DNA of 39,062 nucleotides from a virus (Duplodnaviria; Caudoviricetes), in IMG/VR virus record IMGVR_UViG_3300036768_000895, positions 1 to 39,062 of that record. One strand, written 5' to 3'. Both the position numbers and the translations under genes were made by a program. Of the stretch, positions 25,605-35,233 are shown piece by piece (the first letter of the stretch is position 1; every line of letters starts with the position of its first letter). The notes beneath the pieces were generated by a model, which worked only from the letters and a program-made list of their open reading frames with translations, searched no databases and was not told where the DNA came from.

Positions 25605-26588
25605 ATGGGCAGTCTGCGTGTCGTGTTCGGCGACCAAGACTGCATGGACGCGCCGTCGCCGCGATGGAGTCTCACGGAACTATTCGAGCGGTGGTTTGTG
25701 CCAGTCGTCGCTGCGGCGGAGGGGCACGCACCCCATACGCTGGAGCTGTACCGCGTGGCGCTGGCACACTGGGTACGCCACACGGGCGACCCGCCGCTTT
25801 CCGCGATCGACCAAGCAACGCTGGCCCGTTTCGTCGCATCCCTGCGGACCTGGCGGTATCGGCGCGGACTGTCTGGTGCGTGGCGCATGCTCTCGGCGCA
25901 ACGCATCGCCATTGTCGTCAAGCAGATCCGGTCGCTGCTGGCCCGTGCGGGCCACAGGCCGCCCGGGGGCGGTCTGTGCGCCGGCATCGACCTTCCGCCC
26001 GTGGCATTTCCCCAGATTCGGTTGGTGCGGCCCTGCAAGCTACCGTTTACGCTCGACGAGGCGCGACAGATCGTGGCGGCGGCCGACCGTTTCCCGCGGC
26101 GCTGCGGTCGCTCCGACTGGCCCGCGGTCTGGCGAGGGCTTTTGTCGGCGCTGTATGTGACAGGGCATCGGATCGGCACGGTGCTTGCCGTCGAGCGGTC
26201 GATGTTTCGTCCGATGGGGACCGACTACCAGCTGCATCTTCCGGCGGCGCTAGTGCCCAAGACAGGCAAAGCCGCCGTGCAGCGCGTGCCGGCGTGGTGT
26301 GCTGGGGCGATCCTGGCCTTGCCCGGGCATCGGCCGCTGTCGCTGGGGATCGACCGCCGCCACCTGGCGCGCCTGCATGCGGAGCTGCAGCGCCTGGCAG
26401 GCGTCACGCCGCTGTCGTGGCAGGCGTGGCGCCGCACGCATGCGGCGATGATGCAGCGTCTGGGCCTGGGTTTCGCGCTAAACTGTGCCGCGGCGTCGTT
26501 GCAGCATTCGGACTGGCGCACGACGGCCACGCACTACTGGGACATCACCGAGGAAGTGCGGCTCCGGTTGCCGCCTTTGTGGGACTGA
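25605..26588 (+). CDS. Tyrosine recombinase/integrase
   Basis: SAM-like N-domain (HTLELY); catalytic pattern TGHR, KTGK, QAWRRT, LQHS, THY. Confidence 0.85.
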   Translation: MGSLRVVFGDQDCMDAPSPRWSLTELFERWFVPVVAAAEGHAPHTLELYRVALAHWVRHTGDPPLSAIDQATLARFVASLRTWRYRRGLSGAWRMLSAQRIAIVVKQIRSLLARAGHRPPGGGLCAGIDLPPVAFPQIRLVRPCKLPFTLDEARQIVAAADRFPRRCGRSDWPAVWRGLLSALYVTGHRIGTVLAVERSMFRPMGTDYQLHLPAALVPKTGKAAVQRVPAWCAGAILALPGHRPLSLGIDRRHLARLHAELQRLAGVTPLSWQAWRRTHAAMMQRLGLGFALNCAAASLQHSDWRTTATHYWDITEEVRLRLPPLWD

Positions 26589-26590
26589 CG

Positions 26591-26671
26591 GGCGCCCCGC
26601 TACCGCGGCTATGCCTACCCGCGGATAGGCCGGCCTTGGGACAAGCTGGCGGTGGGGCGCCGTTTTTTTTT
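26591..26671 (+). terminator. Structured terminator after recombinase
   Basis: GGCGCCCC/GGGGCGCC closing stem followed by T9. Confidence 0.5.
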
Positions 26672-26748
26672 CTGTTCGGGGGTCGGTCTGGGACTGGGAA
26701 ACGCGCATGCCTCTGCGGACCGACCGGCGGCGTTGGATGGGGCGTCTA

Positions 26749-26795
26749 GACCGGACGTGGCGGCCACGCCGCCCCGCTGCGTCCGGTCGTCTTTT
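26749..26795 (+). terminator. 15-bp hairpin with short T-tract
   Basis: GACCGGACGTGGCGG/CCGCTGCGTCCGGTC. Confidence 0.4.
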
Positions 26796-26812
26796 CGCGC
26801 TGGGGTTCATCC

Positions 26813-27244
26813 ATGCCTGCGATCCCGCGATCTAACGTGCCCGGTGGCACGATTCGCCTGGGGGCTGTGAGCCGGCCCGTGCCGGCCCCGCCGCTGCCGA
26901 TGGTGCTCGAAGTCTGGCGGGATGGCTGGGTCGTGCTGCGCGCCCCGCCCGATGCCCGGCTTCGCGTCCACGTGGCGCACTGCGTCTGGTCCCCTTATCC
27001 GTCGGTGCAGAGGCTGGGCGAAGAGCTGGCCTGGCTGGAGACGCCCACCTGGGCCAAGCCGGCGATCAAGGTTGTGGCGACGGGGCTTGCGGCGCTGTGC
27101 CCGACGGTCGAGGAGTACGCCTGGCGGCAGATGGAAACGGGCGTCGTGTTGCCGGCGCTCGTGGAATGCCTTCGTCGGTCCCAAGCACAAGCGCACAAAC
27201 GCCATGAACCGGGTCAACGGGTGGACGCTGGATTGGGCGGCTGA
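26813..27244 (+). CDS. Hypothetical protein
   Basis: ORF fills the gap before the replication gene and overlaps its start. Confidence 0.45.
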   Translation: MPAIPRSNVPGGTIRLGAVSRPVPAPPLPMVLEVWRDGWVVLRAPPDARLRVHVAHCVWSPYPSVQRLGEELAWLETPTWAKPAIKVVATGLAALCPTVEEYAWRQMETGVVLPALVECLRRSQAQAHKRHEPGQRVDAGLGG

Positions 27245-28673
27245 TCGGGTCGGTCGCCGCGCCATCTTGCTGCTGCGTCGCAATGGGCAGGCGGTCGAAA
27301 GCCAGCGATGCGACGTGTTCGACGGGCAGCAGGTGCGCGACCTGGTGGGCACGTGGTGCCAGCGGTATCGCATCCCGCAGGAGGACCTTCAGGCCGCGCT
27401 GACCGCGGCCGCGGCCGAGTGCTTCGCCGCGATGCGCTCGGGGAGGCCAGCGGGCCGCGAATCGTCGCCCCCGCCGGATGCGGCCGCGTCGCTGGGGCTC
27501 ACGTGGCCGGAGCCGTGGCCCGACCCGGTCGCGCTGGCCGATGTGCTCGATGAGGGGATGCGGTACGTGCAGCGGTACGTCTGGCTGACAAGGCCGCAGG
27601 CCGCGGCCGCCGTGCTGTGGTCGGCGTGGACCTACACCGTGGAGCGGTCCGACGTGGCCCCGATCCTGATCGTCAATTCGCCCACGAAGCGCTGCGGGAA
27701 GACAACACTGGTCCGGGTGGTGGCGTCGATGCTGCCGCGGGTGCTGGCGGCGGTTTCGATTTCGCCGGCGGCCCTGTATCGCGTGGTGGAACTGGCGCAG
27801 CCGACGCTGGTGATTGACGAAGTGGACGCCTTCCTGGCCGACAGCGAGGAGCTCCGCGGCCTGGTCAACGCTGGCCACACACGGGACACGGCCTATGTGG
27901 TGCGCCTGGACGGCGAAAGTCTGTTGCCGCGCCGGTTCAGCGTGTTTGGCCCGAAGCTGCTGGCCGGGATCGGTCGGCTGCCCGCGACCATCGAGGACCG
28001 GGGCATCATCCTGACCCTACAGCGCAAACCGCCCGGGGCGCACTGCGTCCGGCTTGACCGGGACGCCCTGGCCCGAGGGGCGATCATCGCCCGCAAGCTG
28101 CGGCGGTGGTCGCTGGATGAGGGCGAGCGGCTGAAGCCGACGGACGATCCGCCCTGCCCGGAGGCGCTCAACGACCGGGAAGCGGATTCCTGGCGGCCGC
28201 TGTTGGCCCTGGCCGACGTGGCCGGGGCGTGGTGGGGGCTGACGGCCCGGCAGGCGGCGATGGCCCTGGCTGGGGCACAGCAGGACGAGCAGGACCTGGC
28301 TGTGGCCCTGCTGCGGGACGTGGCGGGACTGGTCGCCGACGATGCCCGCTGCCGGTGGACGCCGGCCGATCTGGCCGTGGCCCTGGCCGAGATGGACGAC
28401 CGCCCGTGGCGCGAGTATCGGCACGGCCGGCCGATCAATGGGTTCCAGGTGTCCAAAACCCTTTCCCAGTTTGGACTTGCGACGAGGCGCAGCGACGGTC
28501 GGAGAGTGTTTGACGCGGCCGAGCTGCTGGCCGTGGCCGAGCGGTACGCCCCGGGGGTGTTCGCAAAACGCGCCCCTGGCGCCCCTGTCCAGCGCAACCT
28601 GTTCGAGGGCAACGAGTTACGCAGGGGCGCGTGCGATGGAGACTGGGGTGAGTGTGGCGCGGCCTGCGGCTGA
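27204..28673 (+). CDS. DUF3631-type P-loop NTPase replication protein (helicase/initiator-like)
   Basis: PEPWPDPV...L, SPTKRCGKTT Walker A, LVIDEVD Walker B, DREADSWRPLLALAD, C-terminal winged-helix-like RPW.EY..G.P. Confidence 0.8.
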   Translation: MNRVNGWTLDWAADRVGRRAILLLRRNGQAVESQRCDVFDGQQVRDLVGTWCQRYRIPQEDLQAALTAAAAECFAAMRSGRPAGRESSPPPDAAASLGLTWPEPWPDPVALADVLDEGMRYVQRYVWLTRPQAAAAVLWSAWTYTVERSDVAPILIVNSPTKRCGKTTLVRVVASMLPRVLAAVSISPAALYRVVELAQPTLVIDEVDAFLADSEELRGLVNAGHTRDTAYVVRLDGESLLPRRFSVFGPKLLAGIGRLPATIEDRGIILTLQRKPPGAHCVRLDRDALARGAIIARKLRRWSLDEGERLKPTDDPPCPEALNDREADSWRPLLALADVAGAWWGLTARQAAMALAGAQQDEQDLAVALLRDVAGLVADDARCRWTPADLAVALAEMDDRPWREYRHGRPINGFQVSKTLSQFGLATRRSDGRRVFDAAELLAVAERYAPGVFAKRAPGAPVQRNLFEGNELRRGACDGDWGECGAACG

Positions 28674-28740
28674 CGCGCCCCTGTGCAAGTCGTGACTGGG
28701 CAACGAGTTAGAATCGAGAGGGGCGCGAGGGGCGCGTTTT
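28565..28740. repeat. Nested inverted/direct repeat cluster, candidate replication origin
   Basis: 22-nt inverted repeat with one mismatch (28565-28586/28719-28740), six GCGCCCCT octamers, two GGGCAACGAGTTA copies. Confidence 0.65.
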
Positions 28741-28754
28741 CCAGGGAGGGTGGC

Positions 28755-29243
28755 ATGGCTGCTGACAGGGACGAGTCGGCGGGGCCGGTGGAGCTGGTGA
28801 TCGAGGGGCCGAAGCCGAAGACGCAAGGGAGCATGCGGGCATTCCCCTTCCGGCGGCGTGATGGGTCGCTGGGCGTGCGAGTGACGCACGATGGAGGCCG
28901 GCAGGTCGAGGACTGGCGGCTGGCGGTGCGACTGATTGCGCGCGGCCAGTGGCAGCGGCCGCCGACGCGCGGCCCGGTCAAGCTGGCCGTGCTGATCCGC
29001 GTCCCGCGGCCGAAATCGCACTACCGCCGCAGCGGCCTGTCCGCGCAAGGTCGGAGGCAGCGGCGCCCGGGCCGGCTGGCGGGCGACGTGGACAAGCTGC
29101 TGCGTGCGGTCTGCGATGCCCTGACGGGCATCGTCTATGAGGACGACGCCCAGGTGGTCGAGGCGCTAGTGCGCAAGGTGTGGGCGGAAGAGCGGGACGA
29201 GACATGGCGGACGGCGATTTGGATTGCGCCGGCCGAAGACTGA
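28755..29243 (+). CDS. rusA: RusA-family Holliday junction resolvase
   Basis: PKTQGS, PRPKSH, DVDKLLRAVCDALTGIVYEDDAQVV. Confidence 0.9.
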   Translation: MAADRDESAGPVELVIEGPKPKTQGSMRAFPFRRRDGSLGVRVTHDGGRQVEDWRLAVRLIARGQWQRPPTRGPVKLAVLIRVPRPKSHYRRSGLSAQGRRQRRPGRLAGDVDKLLRAVCDALTGIVYEDDAQVVEALVRKVWAEERDETWRTAIWIAPAED

Positions 29244-29397
29244 CAGTGGCAGACTGAAACGGGCAGCGTGTGGGCAGCGGTCAAAACCGGGGGCATTTAT
29301 CACGCTGTCGGGGTGAGCAGGCAGTAAATCGTAGCGGCTTACAGTGGGGCGCGCTGCGGTCGTTATAATGGGGCAACACGGACAGGGAGGTCAGGTC

Positions 29398-30204
29398 ATG
29401 CTTGCAAGGGATGCCATCTATCGGCTGGTGGAAGTCGTCAAACCGACGGCGGACGAGGGAGAGGCGGCTACGCTGGCGCATCGGATCGGCGGCCGGCTGC
29501 TGCTGGCAGTGAACGAGTCGCGCGGGCTGGGGTCGGCCCGCTGGTCCGGTATCGTCGAAGAGGTGCACGAAATCGCCGCCGATCAGGGCGGGCCGCCGCC
29601 GCACGTGGTCGAGGCCGTCTGCGCGCTGGTGCGGTACATGGCGGTGGGTTTCGTGCTGCTGCTGGCTGTATCGACGGCTGCTGCCGCGGCCGAGCATGCC
29701 GCCACGATGGACATCCCGCCGGAGTATCGGGCGTGGTTCCGCAACCCGGACGGGTCGTGCGTCCAATGCAGTATCGGCATGGTCGGCATGTGGAATAACC
29801 TGCCGAGCTGGACCTACATCCTATGGGACACGGAATATGGACCGGCACAGCGGGGCGGGTCGTGGCCGGGCCGCGTGGCGAAGTACGCCCGCGAGCGCGG
29901 GATGAAGCTGTACAACGTCACGGGCACCAGCTACGAGGACACGCGGCCCTGGATGATCTGGGCGGCGCAGACCGGGCGTTTCGCGGCTATCGGGGCTGGC
30001 CGCGCGCATTTTCAGACGCTGTACGGATACGTGCCGGGCGATGCAAAGCCTTGGAAAGTCTGCAACAATAACAGCACCTGGCGGGTGGACGAGTACACCG
30101 AAGAGGAGTTCCGGCGGCTGCATATGGCGAGCGGGCCGTGGGTCGTGATTCCTGACGAGCCGCCGGGACCGCCGCCGCCGAAAATCGTCGCGTGGTGGCA
30201 ATAG
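29398..30204 (+). CDS. Putative membrane/secreted papain-fold (C39-like) cysteine peptidase
   Basis: Hydrophobic segment, then GSCV...AHFQTL...CNNN in Cys-His-Asn order; GGGAGG RBS, TATAAT at 29364. Confidence 0.5.
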   Translation: MLARDAIYRLVEVVKPTADEGEAATLAHRIGGRLLLAVNESRGLGSARWSGIVEEVHEIAADQGGPPPHVVEAVCALVRYMAVGFVLLLAVSTAAAAAEHAATMDIPPEYRAWFRNPDGSCVQCSIGMVGMWNNLPSWTYILWDTEYGPAQRGGSWPGRVAKYARERGMKLYNVTGTSYEDTRPWMIWAAQTGRFAAIGAGRAHFQTLYGYVPGDAKPWKVCNNNSTWRVDEYTEEEFRRLHMASGPWVVIPDEPPGPPPPKIVAWWQ

Positions 30205-30268
30205 GGGAGGCACGCGCTGGCGCTGTCCAGGTCGCCAGCAGCGAGCGCAAACGCAGGGAGGGCAGACA

Positions 30269-31276
30269 ATGAGCGCGATCTGGGCGTCGGTGCTGGTATG
30301 GGCGGCGGTGGCGAGCCAGCCGGAGGGCCGCGACGTGCCGCCGGCCGCCGTGGACGAGATTTTGCGGCGCGGGGCGATGGTGGAGCATGTGGCAGGAACA
30401 CAAGGGATCGAGGACGAGGGGACCCTGGCGTTTGTCGAGGCGGTGGCCCCGCCGCCAGACGATAGCCATAAGTGGTTTTTTTCGCTGGTGGTGACGCGGG
30501 GCTGCCCGTGGTGCGAAAAGATGCGCGCGGATTTCGCGTCGAGCCCGTACCTGAAGCCGTGGGTGAACGTCAAAGAGCCGAAGGAGTCGTGGGCGCACTG
30601 GCAAGTCTTCCAGTTCGAGGACGAGTCGCAAAAGTGGCGGTGGAAGGGGCTCGAGCTGAAGCAGTTTCCGGTGCTGATCGTACAGCCGCCGCTGAACCGG
30701 GCGTTTGGCGACCCCGCGACAGTCGTGTACCTGCGCCAAGGATACCTGGAGCCGCAGAAGCTCGATCAGGAAATCCGGGCGGCCATCCGGGCATACACGA
30801 AAAAAGTCGCGCCGCAGTATCGCGCGTGGAAGCAGACGCAGCAAAGCAAAGAGCATGAGCAGGGGCTGGCGAAAGGCGGTATCGGTCAGGCGAGCGACGC
30901 ACCGCCCAGCGGTGCGACCGGGCAGACGGAAGGCGGCTGGCGTCCGCCGGCCACGCCGCCGTCCCCCTTGCCGGAGCCCACGATCCCTTTTCAGGTGCCG
31001 CCGATGCCCAGTCCACCGCCGAGCCCAACGGGTCCGCAGGACGCGCTGGCACCGCTGATCGTGGCCCTGCTGCGCAACATGCTGCCCAGCGCGCAGACGG
31101 TGCTGCTGCTGCTGCTGACGCTGAGCAACGTGTGGATGCTATACCGGGACCTCGCGAAGCAAAGCGGCGTCCGAATGCTGATCGACGACCAGACAGCGGA
31201 CCGGATCGTGGCCCTCGTCCGCAAGGTGGCGGGTGGATCGGGCGGGCAGCCGCCGCCGTCGCCGCCTTCTGCCTGA
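30269..31276 (+). CDS. Secreted/membrane thioredoxin-like protein
   Basis: Signal-like N-terminus, CPWC, FPVL cis-Pro-like motif, Pro-rich linker, C-terminal hydrophobic helix. Confidence 0.6.
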   Translation: MSAIWASVLVWAAVASQPEGRDVPPAAVDEILRRGAMVEHVAGTQGIEDEGTLAFVEAVAPPPDDSHKWFFSLVVTRGCPWCEKMRADFASSPYLKPWVNVKEPKESWAHWQVFQFEDESQKWRWKGLELKQFPVLIVQPPLNRAFGDPATVVYLRQGYLEPQKLDQEIRAAIRAYTKKVAPQYRAWKQTQQSKEHEQGLAKGGIGQASDAPPSGATGQTEGGWRPPATPPSPLPEPTIPFQVPPMPSPPPSPTGPQDALAPLIVALLRNMLPSAQTVLLLLLTLSNVWMLYRDLAKQSGVRMLIDDQTADRIVALVRKVAGGSGGQPPPSPPSA

Positions 31277-31290
31277 GCGCGTGGCAGTGG

Positions 31291-31392
31291 ATGAGCTGGT
31301 GGCTGTGGCTGCCGATGCGGCTGGAATCGCTGGCCTGGGCGCTTGTGGGCATCCTGGCCCTGTACGTGCTGGTGCGTTTGATTCGCGGGTAA
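31291..31392 (+). CDS. Small single-pass membrane peptide
   Basis: MSWWLWLPMRLESLAWALVGILALYVLVRLIRG fills the intergenic gap. Confidence 0.45.
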   Translation: MSWWLWLPMRLESLAWALVGILALYVLVRLIRG

Positions 31393-31408
31393 ACATGGAG
31401 GACGGATC

Positions 31409-32119
31409 GTGACCGAGGAGCGGCGGCAATTCCTGGCGGCCTTGATTGACGACGTGCGGACGAAATGGGAGCGGTGGCTGGATCAGCCGACGGCGTCTTT
31501 GGTGCCCGATCATCCTTTGCATCGGGCGCTGTCGCTGCTGGCGGAGCAAGCGGAAATGGTGGTCCCGGAGCGGGCCGAACCCATCGAGCGATTGATCGAG
31601 CAGTTTGCCGAGGTGTGGCGGGAGTTCTTGCGCGATCAGGACCTGCTGGGCGACCCGTCGCTGCTTCCGCCGCCCGAGCTCTGGCACGCCCTAGGTCGCG
31701 TCGTGGAGCACCAGACACAGGCGCAACTTCCGGCGCTGAAGTCCGTAGAACCGATTGAAGAACTGCTGCGGCAAAACGTGCCCCGCTACCAAATCTGCCT
31801 GATTTACGGGTTTCTCGATGAGTACGGAAACCCAGACTATGTGAAACTGGCCGAGGAAATCTCGCGGCCGGGGACGCACACGGGGCCGGGGTGGATTGCG
31901 CCGGTCAATCGGCATATTCTCGACCTGCGCCGGAAGATGACCGAGTCGGCATCGCAGCTCAAAGCGAAGGCGGAGCGACTGGCGCAGCCGCGGCCGCCGG
32001 AGCTGGTGGCCATGACCGAGGCGGACGACGTGGAGCCAGAGCCAGACGCGACCGCCGCAGCGCAGGAGGACGTGCCATCTGCCGCGGAAGCGCAAGCAGG
32101 ACGCAAGCGGCGGCGATAG
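31409..32119 (+). CDS. Hypothetical protein
   Basis: GGAGG RBS before GTG; 236 aa. Confidence 0.65.
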   Translation: MTEERRQFLAALIDDVRTKWERWLDQPTASLVPDHPLHRALSLLAEQAEMVVPERAEPIERLIEQFAEVWREFLRDQDLLGDPSLLPPPELWHALGRVVEHQTQAQLPALKSVEPIEELLRQNVPRYQICLIYGFLDEYGNPDYVKLAEEISRPGTHTGPGWIAPVNRHILDLRRKMTESASQLKAKAERLAQPRPPELVAMTEADDVEPEPDATAAAQEDVPSAAEAQAGRKRRR

Positions 32120-32189
32120 TCCGCCCCGGCCGACGAGCAAGGCGAAGCGTAAAGACAACGGGGGCGCTGGTCCACCGCCAGCGCTCACG

Positions 32190-32600
32190 GTGCGCGACTA
32201 CCCGCACCTGCTGGCCGCATGGGCGAAAGGCCGCGGTTTAGCGGCCATCGCGGCGCAGTATGGCGTGTCGCGGTCGAGTGTGTGGCGGCACCTATGCCGA
32301 GCGCGGGCTCTGTACCGCGAGGAAGTGCGGCGGTCGCTGGCCGATTTTTTCTATGAGCTCACGACGCTGCGCCGCACGCTTTGGGAAGCGCTGGACGACC
32401 CGGAGGCCAACCGCGCGGCCCTGGCGCAGGCGCTGGTGAAGGCGATCACGCTCGAGCTGGAACTGGTGCGGGAGCTGACGGCCCGGGAAGCCGCGGACGC
32501 GGCGTTCCGCGTTGCGGGCGCGGAGCCGCAGGCCCTGGCTGCGGAAGCGGCGTCGCGGTTGCTAAGGTTACTCGATGCCAAAGCACGGTCCAAAGATTGA
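32190..32600 (+). CDS. Terminase small subunit (putative)
   Basis: N-terminal HTH (IAAQYGVSRSSVWRHL); overlaps the large subunit start. Confidence 0.65.
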   Translation: MRDYPHLLAAWAKGRGLAAIAAQYGVSRSSVWRHLCRARALYREEVRRSLADFFYELTTLRRTLWEALDDPEANRAALAQALVKAITLELELVRELTAREAADAAFRVAGAEPQALAAEAASRLLRLLDAKARSKD

Positions 32601-34146
32601 GCGAGCGGCGGAGATCGTGCTGGGCGATGCGTGGCTGACCCAGTACGCAGCGCGCAGCCGCGAGCTGGCCTATTTCACCTTTCGGCCGCGGCCGAACCGG
32701 CCGGAATTGGGCGACGAGCAGCAGGCTTTCGTCGAGTCGCGCGACGTGGTGGCGTTTTTCATCGCCGGCAACGGGTCGGGGAAAACCGAGGCCGCCGCCG
32801 CCAAGTGCGCACGATTCCTGCTGGCGCGCCAGCCGCCGCCGAGGCGTGATACGCCCTTCTGGGTCCTCACGGAAACGATGCACGTTGCCGGTGAGGTGCT
32901 TTGGAAGGAAAAGCTGCTCGGCCGCGGCCACCTGCCGCCCTCGGAAATCGACTGGGCGCGGGTGAGCTGGCACGAAAAGAAGGCGAATCATCCGCGGATG
33001 GTCCCGCTGCTTCCGTGGCCCGCGTCCCGAGGAGGGGACGACGCGAAAAACTGGATGATCGAGTTCAAGTCGTTCGAGATGGGCAGGCGCGCGCTCCAGG
33101 GCGCGTCCATCGGCGGCTTCTGGTTCTCGGAGCAGTTCCCAGCCGACCTGTTCACGGAAGTCTTGGTGCGTTGCCGCGACTACCTTTTCCCGGGTGGGCA
33201 GTTCGCCGAGTTCACGCCCTTGGACCCGGACCTGTGCGTCTGGCTGGAGCGGATCATGGAAGAGCCGCCGCCGGGCTGGGGATTTTACCGGGGCAATACC
33301 GAGTGCAATCGCGAAAACCTGGCACCTGGGGCCATCGAGGCGTTCTTAGCCACCACGCCCGAAGAGCTCAAAGAAACGCGGCTGCGCGGCGTTCTGGCGT
33401 CGTTCGAGGGGGCGATTTACCCGAGCTTCAACGTGAAGCTGCACGTGGTGGACGAGTCCGAGGTGCGCATTCCGCCGGGCTGCTGGCATTTTCTGGGCAC
33501 GGACTGGGGATCGTCGGTCGAGCATCCGCACGTGACAGTCTGGGCGGCGATGGACGGCGCGGGCGACTGGATCGTCTATGACGAGCTGTGGGACTGCGAC
33601 CAGTCGCGCACCACGTACGACCTGGCGCAGGAAGTGGTGCGACGCTGTGCGAGCTGGGGCTGGCCTACGTGCGTCGAGCAGGTCGAGGGCCGGGCGGTGC
33701 AGCGGATCATGACGGACGACCCGCACTACGGCATGAACTTCGCCGATCCCAGCCGCCCCGGGGAAATCTACAGTTTCGGGCAGTATGGCGTCCCCACGGT
33801 CCCGGCATCGAATCGGGTTTACGACGGGATCAACGCGGTCCGGCTGCTGCTTAAGCCGCACCCGGTCACGGGGCGGCCGCGGCTGCGGATTTCGTCACGC
33901 TGCCGCCACCTGATCGAGCAGATGCGCAAGTATCGCTGGCGGCGGTCGCGCTCGCCGCTGTCCGGCAGTGCGATCAATCCCGCGGTGGCGTCACCCGTGC
34001 CGCTGAAGCGCGATGACGACGCCTGCGACGCCCTGCGGTACCTGATCGCGTCCTGCGGGATGGGGGAAACCCGGCCCGTGAGTCAGCCGACCTTGGCGCC
34101 CAGGCCCCGGCGGTCCGCGATTTGGCCCGGGCGGCCGCTACAATAG
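32575..34146 (+). CDS. Terminase large subunit
   Basis: AGNGSGKT Walker A, GTDWG, FADPS, DDDACDALRY nuclease motifs. Confidence 0.92.
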   Translation: MPKHGPKIERAAEIVLGDAWLTQYAARSRELAYFTFRPRPNRPELGDEQQAFVESRDVVAFFIAGNGSGKTEAAAAKCARFLLARQPPPRRDTPFWVLTETMHVAGEVLWKEKLLGRGHLPPSEIDWARVSWHEKKANHPRMVPLLPWPASRGGDDAKNWMIEFKSFEMGRRALQGASIGGFWFSEQFPADLFTEVLVRCRDYLFPGGQFAEFTPLDPDLCVWLERIMEEPPPGWGFYRGNTECNRENLAPGAIEAFLATTPEELKETRLRGVLASFEGAIYPSFNVKLHVVDESEVRIPPGCWHFLGTDWGSSVEHPHVTVWAAMDGAGDWIVYDELWDCDQSRTTYDLAQEVVRRCASWGWPTCVEQVEGRAVQRIMTDDPHYGMNFADPSRPGEIYSFGQYGVPTVPASNRVYDGINAVRLLLKPHPVTGRPRLRISSRCRHLIEQMRKYRWRRSRSPLSGSAINPAVASPVPLKRDDDACDALRYLIASCGMGETRPVSQPTLAPRPRRSAIWPGRPLQ

Positions 34147-34171
34147 GGGCAAGGCCAGGGAGGGACACACG

Positions 34172-35230
34172 ATGCCGCTGCCGCGGTACCTACGAGCGCC
34201 CCTGGAGGGGCTGCGGCGGATTGTGCGGGGGATGCGCACCCGCCCCGCGGCGCCGCGCACCAAGGCGGCCAGGTCGCAGCGGCCGGCTGCCGCCGGACAA
34301 GCGGGGCGGGGACAGACAGGCCCCGGGCAGACGGCATCCGGGCAGACGGGGCGTCAGGCCCCGCGGCCGCTCATTCCGGGGGCCAGGGCCGGCGGTGGCG
34401 GTAGCGGCGGCCTGGAGCTACGGGCAGAGGACCTGGAGGCCCTGCTGCGGGCCGTGCTCGACGAGGGCTGGGGGTCCGAGGCGGACCTTGCCGAGTGGAT
34501 CGACCGGTTGATCCGGGGCATCCCGCCCGAAGAACCGCCGCCGATATCCGCGGAAACCGCCCAGGCGCCGCCCCCGCTGCCCCCAAGTGGACCGAGCGGG
34601 ACTGGCGGCGCGGGCGGCGGCGGCGGCTGGCCACCTGGAGGGTTTGGTGGAGTTGGTGGCGGTGGTGCAGGCGGTGGCCGCGGTCCCACGCCGCCGGGCG
34701 GCGGCCGGGGTGGCGTGCCGGTCAACGTGGACGGGCAGTGGATCACGTTTCCGGCGAATCATCCGATTGTCACGGCCGAAATGGTCCCGGTGGCCAGCAG
34801 CAACATCTACAGCATCGGCTACGACAACGACAGTCACACGCTGATGGTGCGGTTCGTGGGGCGCCATAGCCACAAGGACAATTCCCGGCGGCCCGGGTCG
34901 ATTTACGCCTATTTCCACGTGCCGGCGCGGCGGTTCCTGCAATTCCTGGATGCGGCCAGCAAGGGCAAGTGGCTATGGGACAACGTCCGCATCCGTGGGA
35001 CGATCAGCGGGCACCGCTACGACTACGCCCTGGTGGGCATCGAGGCCGGCTACGTGCCGCGGAAGGCCACGCTAACGCCGCTGGGCGAGGCGTACATCCA
35101 GCGGCAAGTATGGACGGACAAAAGCCGCCTGATTTCCAGTCCGCTGCCGGAGCAGCTCGTCCGGCCGCTGGCCCCAGTACTGCGCCCAGGCCGTCCGCCG
35201 AAGGACGGACGCCGCGGCCTAGGAGGATGA
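34172..35230 (+). CDS. KTSC-domain protein with Gly/Pro-rich N-terminal extension
   Basis: VASSNIYSIGYD....LMVRF...GSIYAYFHVP....FL.AASKGKW. Confidence 0.75.
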   Translation: MPLPRYLRAPLEGLRRIVRGMRTRPAAPRTKAARSQRPAAAGQAGRGQTGPGQTASGQTGRQAPRPLIPGARAGGGGSGGLELRAEDLEALLRAVLDEGWGSEADLAEWIDRLIRGIPPEEPPPISAETAQAPPPLPPSGPSGTGGAGGGGGWPPGGFGGVGGGGAGGGRGPTPPGGGRGGVPVNVDGQWITFPANHPIVTAEMVPVASSNIYSIGYDNDSHTLMVRFVGRHSHKDNSRRPGSIYAYFHVPARRFLQFLDAASKGKWLWDNVRIRGTISGHRYDYALVGIEAGYVPRKATLTPLGEAYIQRQVWTDKSRLISSPLPEQLVRPLAPVLRPGRPPKDGRRGLGG

Positions 35231-35233
35231 CCC

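Noticed and set aside
26813-27244. Seventh member of the paralog family (VWRDGW)
   Set aside because: Lacks the GE and LPDG motifs in the right spacing, and has no leader or pseudoknot
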